Of a stretch of DNA of 64,000 nt, positions 8,466-17,244 are shown in pieces. The DNA lies in the IMG/VR virus record IMGVR_UViG_3300025853_007458; one strand, written 5' to 3'. Source of the stretch: an uncultured virus (IMG/VR IMGVR_UViG_3300025853_007458). Its lineage: Duplodnaviria > Heunggongvirae > Uroviricota > Caudoviricetes. Below the pieces are notes generated by a model, which was not told where the DNA came from, did no database searches, and saw nothing but the letters and a program-made list of their open reading frames with translations. The position numbers and the translations under genes are program-made. Position 1 is the stretch's first letter; each line of letters opens with the position of its first letter.

Positions 8466-9398
8466 ATGAGAAAATTATTATTCAGTTTAATTATGATTTT
8501 GATGACAACTACATTATATGCAAGGGATCAAATTAACATTGTTGGTTCTTCAACAGTTTATCCATTTTCAACAGTAGTCGCAGAAAGATTTGGTAAGTCA
8601 GGTAAGTTTCAAACACCTGTCATTGAATCAACTGGTACTGGTGGTGGAATGAAACTATTTTGTAAAGGCATTGGTACAAACACACCAGATATGTCAAACG
8701 CAAGTAGAAAAATAAAACCAAAAGAAGTTAAACTTTGTAAAGATAATGGTGTTACCGATATTACACAAGTGATTGTAGGTTTAGATGGTATTGCTTTTAC
8801 AAGTTCAGTACAAGGCAAACAATATAACTTTACAAAAAAACAACTTTGGGAAGCGATGGCTGATCTAGGATCAAAACCAACTAAATGGTCAGATATTGAT
8901 CCTTCTTTACCAGACATTAAAATAGCAATACTTACACCACCTGCTACAAGTGGTACAAGGGATGCTTGGAATGATCTAGTAATGAAAAAAGGATGTCCTG
9001 AAACTATAAAAGGCAAAGAATGTTTTTTATTAAGAGAAGATGGTGCAGTAATTGAAGTCGGTGAAAATGATACTTTGATTATTAACAAACTTGTAGGTGA
9101 ACCAACATACTTTGGTATATTTGGTTTTAGTTATTACGATAATTCAAAAGATAAAGTTCAAGCACATACAATTGAAGATGTTAAAATATCTTTATCATCA
9201 ATACAAGATGGTTCTTATCCAATAAGTCGACCATTATACTTTTATGTAAAAAATCAACACATTGATGTAATACCAGGTATTGAGGAATTTGTAAAAGAGT
9301 TTACATCTAAAAGAGCTGCAGGTAAAAGAGGTTATCTTTTAGATTTAGGATTAGTACCTTTGAAAAGTTTAGATGAATCTATTTCTAAAGTAGAATAA
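8466..9398 (+). CDS. pstS: Phosphate ABC transporter substrate-binding protein
   Basis: Signal peptide, then 'IVGSSTVYPF', 'ESTGTGGG', 'NASR', 'SGTRD', 'YPISRPLYFY'. Confidence 0.95.
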   Translation: MRKLLFSLIMILMTTTLYARDQINIVGSSTVYPFSTVVAERFGKSGKFQTPVIESTGTGGGMKLFCKGIGTNTPDMSNASRKIKPKEVKLCKDNGVTDITQVIVGLDGIAFTSSVQGKQYNFTKKQLWEAMADLGSKPTKWSDIDPSLPDIKIAILTPPATSGTRDAWNDLVMKKGCPETIKGKECFLLREDGAVIEVGENDTLIINKLVGEPTYFGIFGFSYYDNSKDKVQAHTIEDVKISLSSIQDGSYPISRPLYFYVKNQHIDVIPGIEEFVKEFTSKRAAGKRGYLLDLGLVPLKSLDESISKVE

Positions 9399-9422
9399 AA
9401 AAAAGGGCGCCAAAAGGCGCCC
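9397..9422 (-). terminator. Intrinsic terminator between convergent genes
   Basis: GGGCGCC-AAAA-GGCGCCC hairpin (9405-9422) with an 8-nt A-run on +, which is a U-tail on the - strand. Confidence 0.85.
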
Positions 9423-9443
9423 CTAACAAACAACAAAGGTATT

Positions 9444-10748
9444 TTATAATTTTTCGTGTACCAACTTCATCCAATTATAATTTCTATGGATTGCCATTGT
9501 GCTAATGATTTTATTATTTTCAAAATCAATTGTAATTGTTTGACCACCAAAACCATCTAATATGAATATTGGTTTATCTCTCTTACCAGAGATACCCATA
9601 TGAAATTGACCACCGTATGATTTAGTGTGTGAAAATGCGTCTGTTGTATTTGCATTATTAGTTTTACCTTTTTTAATTCTGTTTTCATGTAAAGATTTTA
9701 AATATTGACCTTCACAAGTATTGTTGTTCCAATCATCTAACATTGCAACAGCAACTCTCATATAATCATATCTGGTTAGGTACATTCCATAATTTATAGA
9801 CAAGTCAGATTTTTTAGATTCACTAGGTTGTTTCATCACAACATTATATTCAATACCAATTTTATTTTGAAATATATCTTTTAACATTTTTTTGTATTCT
9901 TTAGCACCCATAGTTGACATAACATAACTAGCAAAAACGTTTGTATTTAAATTTGCATAGTGATATTTGTTTTTACCAGGTGTAGTATTTTTTAATTCTT
10001 TTTTTGCAATACTATTTACTGACCATCTATTAGACCATCTTTTTGAATTTTTAAAACTACCACCACCTTTGTTATCAACATATTTTTGTGAACCTGACGC
10101 CATATTAAGCACGTTAATTATAGGTTGATTTTCAAATAAAGTATTTTCTAATACATCCCAGTTCATAGTTTCATGTATACCATTAACATATCCTCTACAA
10201 AGAGCATGCCCGTATATATATGACATAATTGATTTACCCATAGAGTTTGAAACATACAAAGAATTGTTTTTAAATATTTTACCAAATCTATCTTTAGGTG
10301 TAATTTGATCTATTACTATCTCACCATCAACATACATAAGGTAACTTAATAGAGCAGTTTTTTGAAATGCCTTTGTAACTTTCTCATCTTCTGTAAGATT
10401 AAAAGTAAACTCTTTATAATTTTTTGATTTCTTTATAACGATTTTGTGTTTTTCTTTTACTGGTTCGTTAATATATTTTTTTAGATATTTTTTTAATATC
10501 CTATAATCTGGATTTGCATCCCAAGGTATTTCAGATGAAGTGCCATTTTCGTAACCTTTCCAAGGTGTATTCTTTGTATTCTTACCTGATACTTTTTTTA
10601 TTTCTAATGTTTCGCCATCACAACCATTGATGTACCATATCTGACTATATTTTTGTTCATGTTTACAAACGTCATGTTCTTCAGCGAATACAGCAGCGGC
10701 AGAAAATATAAATGAAAATATTAATATTGTTATCCAAAGTCTAAACAT
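9444..10748 (-). CDS. Secreted serine hydrolase, beta-lactamase/penicillin-binding-protein fold
   Basis: Signal peptide, SxxK 'SMGK', 'LNMASG', YxN 'YHYANLN', 'DGFGGQTITID'. Confidence 0.85.
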   Translation of the reverse strand: MFRLWITILIFSFIFSAAAVFAEEHDVCKHEQKYSQIWYINGCDGETLEIKKVSGKNTKNTPWKGYENGTSSEIPWDANPDYRILKKYLKKYINEPVKEKHKIVIKKSKNYKEFTFNLTEDEKVTKAFQKTALLSYLMYVDGEIVIDQITPKDRFGKIFKNNSLYVSNSMGKSIMSYIYGHALCRGYVNGIHETMNWDVLENTLFENQPIINVLNMASGSQKYVDNKGGGSFKNSKRWSNRWSVNSIAKKELKNTTPGKNKYHYANLNTNVFASYVMSTMGAKEYKKMLKDIFQNKIGIEYNVVMKQPSESKKSDLSINYGMYLTRYDYMRVAVAMLDDWNNNTCEGQYLKSLHENRIKKGKTNNANTTDAFSHTKSYGGQFHMGISGKRDKPIFILDGFGGQTITIDFENNKIISTMAIHRNYNWMKLVHEKL

Positions 10749-11026
10749 TATATTCCCATCCCTTCTAATCTAAAATCTACAACAGGTACAAAGTCGTAAG
10801 CGTATTCTTCATCCTCACCCATAGGACCTGACATCTTAACAACACAATCATTTTTCTTTCTGTTGTCAAAGAAAGTTTGTAAAGCAAGTTTTAAACTATC
10901 TGCCATTTGTTGATGTACAGATACGTTAAACTTCGTAAACAAAGTACCACAACAAATTGTAATACCATCAGCAGACTCTGCCCTTGCAATGTTCATTATA
11001 TCTTTTTTCAATTGTGTATCTTTCAT
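10748..11026 (-). CDS. Hypothetical protein
   Basis: ORF with GGGAG RBS; its stop overlaps the next start. Confidence 0.75.
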   Translation of the reverse strand: MKDTQLKKDIMNIARAESADGITICCGTLFTKFNVSVHQQMADSLKLALQTFFDNRKKNDCVVKMSGPMGEDEEYAYDFVPVVDFRLEGMGI

Positions 11027-11030
11027 AGTG

Positions 11031-11159
11031 TTATATCTCCCTTTTAGTTTTCATTATTTGTATTACTTCAAATAAAGATTTTGTTTTAAGTAATTTGTTT
11101 CCGTAAGCAAGTCTTTTTTCAAGTTTCTTAATTGCAGTTTTTAACTCTTTATTATTCAT
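11031..11159 (-). CDS. 42-aa basic hypothetical protein (not in ORF track)
   Basis: MNNKELKTAIKKLEKRLAYGNKLLKTKSLFEVIQIMKTKREI*; fills the gap in the minus-strand operon exactly. Confidence 0.65.
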   Translation of the reverse strand: MNNKELKTAIKKLEKRLAYGNKLLKTKSLFEVIQIMKTKREI

Positions 11160-11396
11160 TTATTTGTTTTGTAATGCGATTGTTATTAAACCAGATACTA
11201 TACCTGTTAAGGCCATCATAGCACCTATCATAAAGTTATTTGCTTCGATAGCACCAACAGATCCTACCATACTGAATAAAAATACAATAGCAGTAACTAA
11301 TGATATGTTTTCTTTTATTTTTTTCATAATTTCTTCCTTATATCTCAACTGATTGTAAGCTTCAATTTGATTAAGTGCTTGTTTTTGTAGTGTCAT
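11160..11396 (-). CDS. Small membrane protein (two hydrophobic segments)
   Basis: AAGGAG RBS; 'SLVTAIVFLFSMVGSVGAIE' and 'FMIGAMMALTGIVSGLITIAL'. Confidence 0.75.
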   Translation of the reverse strand: MTLQKQALNQIEAYNQLRYKEEIMKKIKENISLVTAIVFLFSMVGSVGAIEANNFMIGAMMALTGIVSGLITIALQNK

Positions 11397-11408
11397 AGTG
11401 TTTTCTCC

Positions 11409-11612
11409 TTATTTAATTTTTAATACACCAGTTTGTTGGTATACTTTGTAGTTGTTAATGATTTTATTAATTGCATTTTTCATATTAATATCAATCATTT
11501 CTAAAAGAGTATTATCAACTTCAATAATTTCTTTTATATTTTTGTTTATTTTACCGATTTGTCTATATGCAACGTTTCTAACAATTGCCATATTCATATT
11601 ATTTGTTTTCAT
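11409..11612 (-). CDS. Hypothetical protein, first gene of an early operon
   Basis: ORF directly downstream of a sigma70 promoter. Confidence 0.7.
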   Translation of the reverse strand: MKTNNMNMAIVRNVAYRQIGKINKNIKEIIEVDNTLLEMIDINMKNAINKIINNYKVYQQTGVLKIK

Positions 11613-11620
11613 ATACTACT

Positions 11621-11649
11621 AATATACCGTATTTTTATGTAAAAATCAA
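11621..11649 (-). promoter_or_regulatory. Sigma70-type (early) promoter
   Basis: Minus strand TTGATT (11649-11644), 17 nt spacer, TATATT (11626-11621), with an upstream T/A tract. Confidence 0.7.
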
Positions 11650-11708
11650 CAAAAAAATGGATTAATTGTCCGATTCTTCCGTAGCTTGTCGGCATTCTGG
11701 CGTATATA

Positions 11709-11723
11709 GAACAAAAGTAGAAC
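11709..11723. promoter_or_regulatory. Candidate alphaproteobacterial LexA (SOS) box
   Basis: GAAC-aaaagta-GAAC (GAAC-N7-GAAC), part of a TAGAACAAAA direct repeat with 11-bp period in an intergenic region. Confidence 0.5.
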
Positions 11724-11732
11724 AAAAACCCT

Positions 11733-11740
11733 TATAAATA
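11733..11740 (+). promoter_or_regulatory. T4 late promoter
   Basis: TATAAATA upstream of the structural operon. Confidence 0.8.
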
Positions 11741-11769
11741 GTAGAAAAACATCAAAATATGAGGAAATT

Positions 11770-12033
11770 ATGAAAAAAATGAGAATTTTTAAGTTTTGGA
11801 ACGAATCGGGTGACGAAAAAGAGAAGGAAGCCATGAGTTTGAAGAAAGCCACTATGTCCGTACAAGGGGATTTCAAGGATAAAATCATTGGAGTTGAATA
11901 TATCAGTAAAAAAGGCAAAAAAATCGTAGATTCGGTAAAAATACCAGTAGGACGGAAGATTCGTCAATCAATTATTATTGAACAAAGAAGATTAGCAAGA
12001 AAAGCTGCGTTAGAACAAAGACAAAGAGGATAA
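11770..12033 (+). CDS. Small basic hypothetical protein
   Basis: GAGGA RBS, downstream of a late promoter. Confidence 0.75.
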   Translation: MKKMRIFKFWNESGDEKEKEAMSLKKATMSVQGDFKDKIIGVEYISKKGKKIVDSVKIPVGRKIRQSIIIEQRRLARKAALEQRQRG

Positions 12034-12034
12034 T

Positions 12035-12334
12035 ATGGCTGTTAGAGAAGGAGATCCGTTGACTACAGGTCATGCTTGTACTGGAATTACTAATTTAGCA
12101 ACTTCATTAGTAAGAACGGTTAAAGCAAATGCGATTCCAGGTGCTGTACAAGGCACTCCTACCGTATCTCACACTTTTCCACCAGTTCCTTTGTGTCCTG
12201 CCCATGTTGCAAATTTAAACAAAGGATCAACAAACGTTAAAATAGGTGGTATACCTTGGGGTCGTGTGGGAGATAGTGCTGACGCAGGTGCAATGATTTC
12301 AGGTTCTTTAAATGTATTAGTAAATGGTCTGTAA
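12035..12334 (+). CDS. PAAR-repeat spike tip protein (gp5.4-like)
   Basis: 'AVREGD..TGHAC', 'GSTNVKIGGIPWGRVGD', 'GSLNVLVNG'. Confidence 0.88.
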   Translation: MAVREGDPLTTGHACTGITNLATSLVRTVKANAIPGAVQGTPTVSHTFPPVPLCPAHVANLNKGSTNVKIGGIPWGRVGDSADAGAMISGSLNVLVNGL

Positions 12335-12339
12335 AGTCA

Positions 12340-12347
12340 TATAAATA
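12340..12347 (+). promoter_or_regulatory. T4 late promoter
   Basis: TATAAATA 5 nt before the gp25 ATG. Confidence 0.8.
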
Positions 12348-12352
12348 TTGCT

Positions 12353-12784
12353 ATGGCTTATTCAAACTATGACGCAAGTACAACGAATCAAAGTAAACGA
12401 TCAAATCGTATTTACAAAGATTTAAATTTAAACTTTACTAAAAATCCAGCAACTAAAGATGTTGCAAGATTATTTGATGTACAGGCAATTAAGAGAGCTG
12501 TTAAGAATATAATCTTAACAAACAAATACGAAAAACCTTTTAATTCTGACTTTGGTTGTAATTTAAGAGGTTTCTTATTTGAGAACATGACCGAACCTAT
12601 GATGGTAATCATCAAAGATAGGGTTGCAATGGCAATTGAGAAATACGAACCTAGAGTTTCAGTAGAAGATGTAGTTGTTCGGGAAGATGAAAACAATAAT
12701 GGGTTAGATATTATGGTTTCATTTTTAATTAATGGTGCAGAAGCGCCTATATCAGTATCAACATTTTTACAAAGAGTAAGATAA
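12353..12784 (+). CDS. gp25: Baseplate wedge subunit gp25
   Basis: 'YKDLNLNF', 'AIKRAVKNIILTNKYEKPFNSDFGCNL', 'YEPRV'. Confidence 0.95.
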   Translation: MAYSNYDASTTNQSKRSNRIYKDLNLNFTKNPATKDVARLFDVQAIKRAVKNIILTNKYEKPFNSDFGCNLRGFLFENMTEPMMVIIKDRVAMAIEKYEPRVSVEDVVVREDENNNGLDIMVSFLINGAEAPISVSTFLQRVR

Positions 12785-12785
12785 G

Positions 12786-14642
12786 ATGGCACAACACAAA
12801 TTAGAAATTTCAGAATTAGATTTTGAAAATATAAAAGGTTCACTCAAAAGATTTTTAGCAAATCAAAACGAATTTAAAGATTACGACTTTGAAGGTAGTT
12901 CAATGGCAATATTGCTTGACCTACTTGCTTACAATACACATTACTTGGCTTACAATGCAAACTTTGTAGCAAACGAAATGTTTATGGACACAGCACAGTT
13001 AAGATCAAGTGTTGCGTCATTGGCTAAATTAGTAGGATACACACCTAACTCTGCTAGAGCACCAATCGCTGATTTAAAATTAGTAATCAACGATGGTACA
13101 GGTGCTTCAATTACAATTCCTGCAGGTACAAAATTTACTTCATCAATAGATGGTTTAACTTACACGTTTGTTTCAGTATCAGATAAAGTTGTACAACCAA
13201 TTGATGGTATTTACACAGCACAAAGTTTAAATGTTTACGAAGGTACATATGTTACCTATGCTTACACATATGACAGCCAAGATATAGATCAAAGATTTTT
13301 AATACCTAGTGACAGAGCAGATACAACTACAATAAAAGTTGTAGTGCAAAATAGTGCTTCAGATGTAACACAAACCACATACACTAAAGCAAGTTCAATA
13401 ACAGAATTAGATAGTACATCAAAAGTTTATTTCTGCCAAGAGGCTGAAGACGGTCAATTTGAAATTTACTTTGGTGATGGTGTAATTGGTAAATCATTAG
13501 ACGATGGTAATATAATTAGTATTAGTTATGTTGTTACAAACAAAACAGAAGCTAACGGTGCAACTGCATTTACATTATCAGGCTCTATTTCTGGATTTAC
13601 AGACGTAACTACAACTGTTAACTCATCAGCACAAGGTGGTGCTGAACCTGAAAGTTTACAAAGTATAAAATTCAATGCACCTAATTTTTATGCCTCACAA
13701 GACAGAGCAGTTACAATAGAAGATTATAAATCAAAAGTAAAACAACTTTATGCTAACACACAATCAGTTAGTGCTTGGGGTGGTGAAGACGCTGAAACGC
13801 CATTCTATGGTAGAGTTTATCTTTCTATTTTACCAACAAGTGGTTCTAATCTTACAGACGCTACAAAAGATAAAATAGTAAAAGATTTAAAAAAATATTC
13901 AGTTGCTTCAGTTACACCAGTTATCATTGATCCTGAAACAACAGATATATTAATTACATCTAACGTTAAGTTTAATGAGGCAACAACACCCAAAACTGCT
14001 GACACAATTAAATCAAACGTTGTTACAACAATAACAGATTACAACGCAAATACATTACAAAAATTTGATACAATGTTTAGACATTCAAAACTTACAGGAT
14101 TAATTGATGATACAGATGAAAGTATTTTATCAAATGTTACTACAGTTAGATTGAGAAAATCTTTTTTACCAACAATTGGAAGTTCTACAAAATATACAAT
14201 TAACTTTGCAAACGCATTATACAATCCACATTCAGGTCACAATTCTGCTTCTGGTGGTATTTTAGAATCAACAGGATTTAAAATTGATGGCGACACTACA
14301 AACATTTGGTTTTTAGATGATGATGGACAAGGTAATGTAAGAAGATATAGAAATGATGGTTCTGTAAGATCATATGCTAACAGTACACAAGGTACAATAG
14401 ATTACTCAACAGGTAAAGTTGAAGTAAACTCTTTAAATGTTTCTAATATAGAAAACGTAAGAGGTGCAGCTTCAACAGTTATAGAAGTTACGGTTAAACC
14501 TAATTCAAACGATATTGTTCCTATCAGAAATCAAGTATTAGATATTGATGTTGCAAACAGTTCAGTTACAGTTGAGGCTGACACATTAGCAGGAGGCTCA
14601 GCAAACGCTGGTATAGGATATACCACGACTAGTAGTTATTAG
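12786..14642 (+). CDS. gp6: Baseplate wedge subunit gp6
   Basis: 'LDFENIK', 'FKDYDFEGS', 'LAYNTHY', 'QDRAVTIEDY'. Confidence 0.95.
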   Translation: MAQHKLEISELDFENIKGSLKRFLANQNEFKDYDFEGSSMAILLDLLAYNTHYLAYNANFVANEMFMDTAQLRSSVASLAKLVGYTPNSARAPIADLKLVINDGTGASITIPAGTKFTSSIDGLTYTFVSVSDKVVQPIDGIYTAQSLNVYEGTYVTYAYTYDSQDIDQRFLIPSDRADTTTIKVVVQNSASDVTQTTYTKASSITELDSTSKVYFCQEAEDGQFEIYFGDGVIGKSLDDGNIISISYVVTNKTEANGATAFTLSGSISGFTDVTTTVNSSAQGGAEPESLQSIKFNAPNFYASQDRAVTIEDYKSKVKQLYANTQSVSAWGGEDAETPFYGRVYLSILPTSGSNLTDATKDKIVKDLKKYSVASVTPVIIDPETTDILITSNVKFNEATTPKTADTIKSNVVTTITDYNANTLQKFDTMFRHSKLTGLIDDTDESILSNVTTVRLRKSFLPTIGSSTKYTINFANALYNPHSGHNSASGGILESTGFKIDGDTTNIWFLDDDGQGNVRRYRNDGSVRSYANSTQGTIDYSTGKVEVNSLNVSNIENVRGAASTVIEVTVKPNSNDIVPIRNQVLDIDVANSSVTVEADTLAGGSANAGIGYTTTSSY

Positions 14643-14647
14643 ATGAA

Positions 14648-17221
14648 ATGGCCGACTTTAAAGATAAAATATCAAACCTTATAAATTCACAAGTACCTGA
14701 TTTTGTACTTGAAGACCACCCATTATTTTTAGACTTTGTAAAAGCATATTATCAGTTGATGGAATCAGCTGAGATTACATTAACAAACATTGGCGATCCA
14801 GATCATTTAGTATTAGAAGGTACAACAGCTGCAAAGATTGTACTTGATGGTACAAACGTAAGTAAAGATGATGGTGACGATAACGTTCTTTTAGAAGACA
14901 CAAGTTATGGTGATTTTATAAACGGCGAAACTATTACAGGTTCTACATCTGGTGCAACGACAACAGTAATAATAGAAGACGTTGATGGTGGTGGTCGTTT
15001 GTTTGTTACTCATCAAAATAAATTTATAGAAGGTGAATTAATAACAGGTTCGTCTTCAGGTGCTCAGGCAACTATAGGTAAGTACAGAGCAAACCCAGTT
15101 CAAAATATTCAACAACTTTTAGATTACGCTGATGTAGATAAAACTATATCAGGTTTCTTATCTAAATTTAGAAACTCATTTTTAACAAGTGTACCTGATA
15201 GATTATACGAAGGTATAGATAAAAGAAATCTTACAAAAAATATTAAATCACTATATCAATCTAAAGGTACAAAACGTGCAAGTGAAATATTTTTTAAATT
15301 ACTTTTAAACGAAGACGCTGAAATAAGATACCCTAAAGATGAAATATTAAGGGTGTCTGATGGTAAATGGGATACTAAAAAAATAATTCGTTGTTTAGCA
15401 TTAGGTAATTCAGAGCCTACAAATCTTATAGGTCAAACAATCACACAAGCAAACAACCCGACAGATACAAATATAAATGAAGCGACTGCAATTGTAGAAG
15501 ATGTATTTAAATTTTTAATAGGTGGTGTAGAAGTTACTGAATTAGTTGTAGGTGATAATTCTGTTTCTGGTACTTTTGTTGCTGGTGAAACAATTACAGG
15601 TACAGATAATACAGACGCTGATGTTTTAGTTTCATTAACAGTTTCAAAAATTATAGATCAAAAAACAATTACAAATGATGGTGCATTATATAACGAAGAT
15701 GACCAAGTAGAAATAACAGCAGGTGGTACAGGTGCAAATGTTAAAGTTGGTACAATAGGTCCTGGTACAATACAAGAAGTATTAGTAGATACAGGTGGTA
15801 CAGGTTACGCTGTAGGTGATACCATAAACTTTGGCACAGGAAATGCGACTGCAAGAGTATCAGTTGTAAATGGTGGTGTTACATTAGAGTCTGGTACAGG
15901 TCAATTAATATTAGAAGATGAAACAGGTAAGAATGACCAATATTTTGGTAACAAAGTTGTACAAGAAGCAGGTTCAGGTAACGAAGATATTACAGATGTT
16001 AGAATGATTGAGTTTGGTAATGGTTATACATCTTTACCTAGTGTGACGGTTACGTCATCTGGTGGTAGTGGTGCAAAACTATTAGCATATGGTTCTGAAA
16101 TAGGACGTGCATTAACAATGAAAGTAATTGAGTCTGGTTATAATTATCAAGCAAGTCCTGCACCAACAATAAAGTTACCAACTTATATTTTATACAATGG
16201 TCTTTCAGGTGGTTTAAGTGAAGGAGAAACAATAACTGGTGGTACTAGTAGTGTTACTGCTGAGATAGTTTCTATAGATACGGATTTGAATATTGTAAAA
16301 GCAAAAAATCATAGTGGATCATTTGTAGAGGGAGAAACAATTACTGGTGGTAATGGCGCTACATTTACTGCATTAAGATTACAACAAGCAACTGGTACAG
16401 TTTCAACAGGTACAGTTGTAACTACAGATGGTACTTTTATAAACGAAGATGGTTGGGTATCTGAAAACTCAATGAAAATACAAGACAGTTTATTATACCA
16501 AGATTATTCATATATCATAAAAGTTGGTAGATCAATTAATGAATGGCGTGACGCATATGTAAAAACTTTACACTCTGCTGGTTTTTATTTTCAAGGTGAG
16601 ATTGCCATACAGTCAAGTTTAAATGCTCAGATTAGAAGAATAACTGGAGTAAACTCTGGTGTAGAAGGTATCTTAAAAACTCTACTTACAAGAATTTACT
16701 CAAAACTTATTGGTCGTAGATTGGGTACAGAAACAGATGGTACAAGTTTAAGAGCAAATGCAAAAGCGGCTGTTGCAGCTGATTTTGATACAGATACTAT
16801 AACACAATTTGATAAAACAACAAGAGATGTAACTTTAAAAACACAACCACTTGTAATAGATTATGTAAGTAGAGTTAGACGTACTATAAACAATGTCAAT
16901 GTAAGACAAGGATTTGTATATGCAGGACCTAGATTTGGCACAATAAACAAAATGATACAAACTGCATTTGGTCTTACAGCAAACGGAACGCCTAGTAGTA
17001 GTGGTATTACATTTGAACAATTAAGTGCTATTAAAGTAAAAGGTACAAGAACATCACTAGATGGTTCTAACGCAATATTTTTAATGACATCTTCAGAGGA
17101 TGGTAGAAAAATCAAAACAAATTTCACAATTCCTGCACAAATAGGTGTTTTACAAGGTGATACTTTTGATGAAACACAAACCACATTTGATAATACTAAT
17201 ATTACAATGGATGCAGGTTAA
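14648..17221 (+). CDS. gp7: Baseplate wedge initiator gp7-like
   Basis: 'INSQVPDFV..DHPLFLDFVKAYY', 'LYQSKGT', 'IQDSLLYQDYSY', 'LHSAGF'; follows gp6. Confidence 0.8.
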   Translation: MADFKDKISNLINSQVPDFVLEDHPLFLDFVKAYYQLMESAEITLTNIGDPDHLVLEGTTAAKIVLDGTNVSKDDGDDNVLLEDTSYGDFINGETITGSTSGATTTVIIEDVDGGGRLFVTHQNKFIEGELITGSSSGAQATIGKYRANPVQNIQQLLDYADVDKTISGFLSKFRNSFLTSVPDRLYEGIDKRNLTKNIKSLYQSKGTKRASEIFFKLLLNEDAEIRYPKDEILRVSDGKWDTKKIIRCLALGNSEPTNLIGQTITQANNPTDTNINEATAIVEDVFKFLIGGVEVTELVVGDNSVSGTFVAGETITGTDNTDADVLVSLTVSKIIDQKTITNDGALYNEDDQVEITAGGTGANVKVGTIGPGTIQEVLVDTGGTGYAVGDTINFGTGNATARVSVVNGGVTLESGTGQLILEDETGKNDQYFGNKVVQEAGSGNEDITDVRMIEFGNGYTSLPSVTVTSSGGSGAKLLAYGSEIGRALTMKVIESGYNYQASPAPTIKLPTYILYNGLSGGLSEGETITGGTSSVTAEIVSIDTDLNIVKAKNHSGSFVEGETITGGNGATFTALRLQQATGTVSTGTVVTTDGTFINEDGWVSENSMKIQDSLLYQDYSYIIKVGRSINEWRDAYVKTLHSAGFYFQGEIAIQSSLNAQIRRITGVNSGVEGILKTLLTRIYSKLIGRRLGTETDGTSLRANAKAAVAADFDTDTITQFDKTTRDVTLKTQPLVIDYVSRVRRTINNVNVRQGFVYAGPRFGTINKMIQTAFGLTANGTPSSSGITFEQLSAIKVKGTRTSLDGSNAIFLMTSSEDGRKIKTNFTIPAQIGVLQGDTFDETQTTFDNTNITMDAG

Positions 17222-17223
17222 GA

Positions 17224-17231
17224 TATAAATA
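17224..17231 (+). promoter_or_regulatory. T4 late promoter
   Basis: TATAAATA upstream of 17245. Confidence 0.8.
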
Positions 17232-17244
17232 GTAAGAGAGATAT

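Noticed and set aside
9444..10748. Antibiotic-resistance beta-lactamase
   Set aside because: Only the general serine-hydrolase fold motifs are present; nothing supports beta-lactam specificity.
11646..11967. Minus-strand ORFs 11646..11918 and 11752..11967
   Set aside because: Antisense to the RBS-supported + strand gene 11770..12033 and spanning promoter elements.
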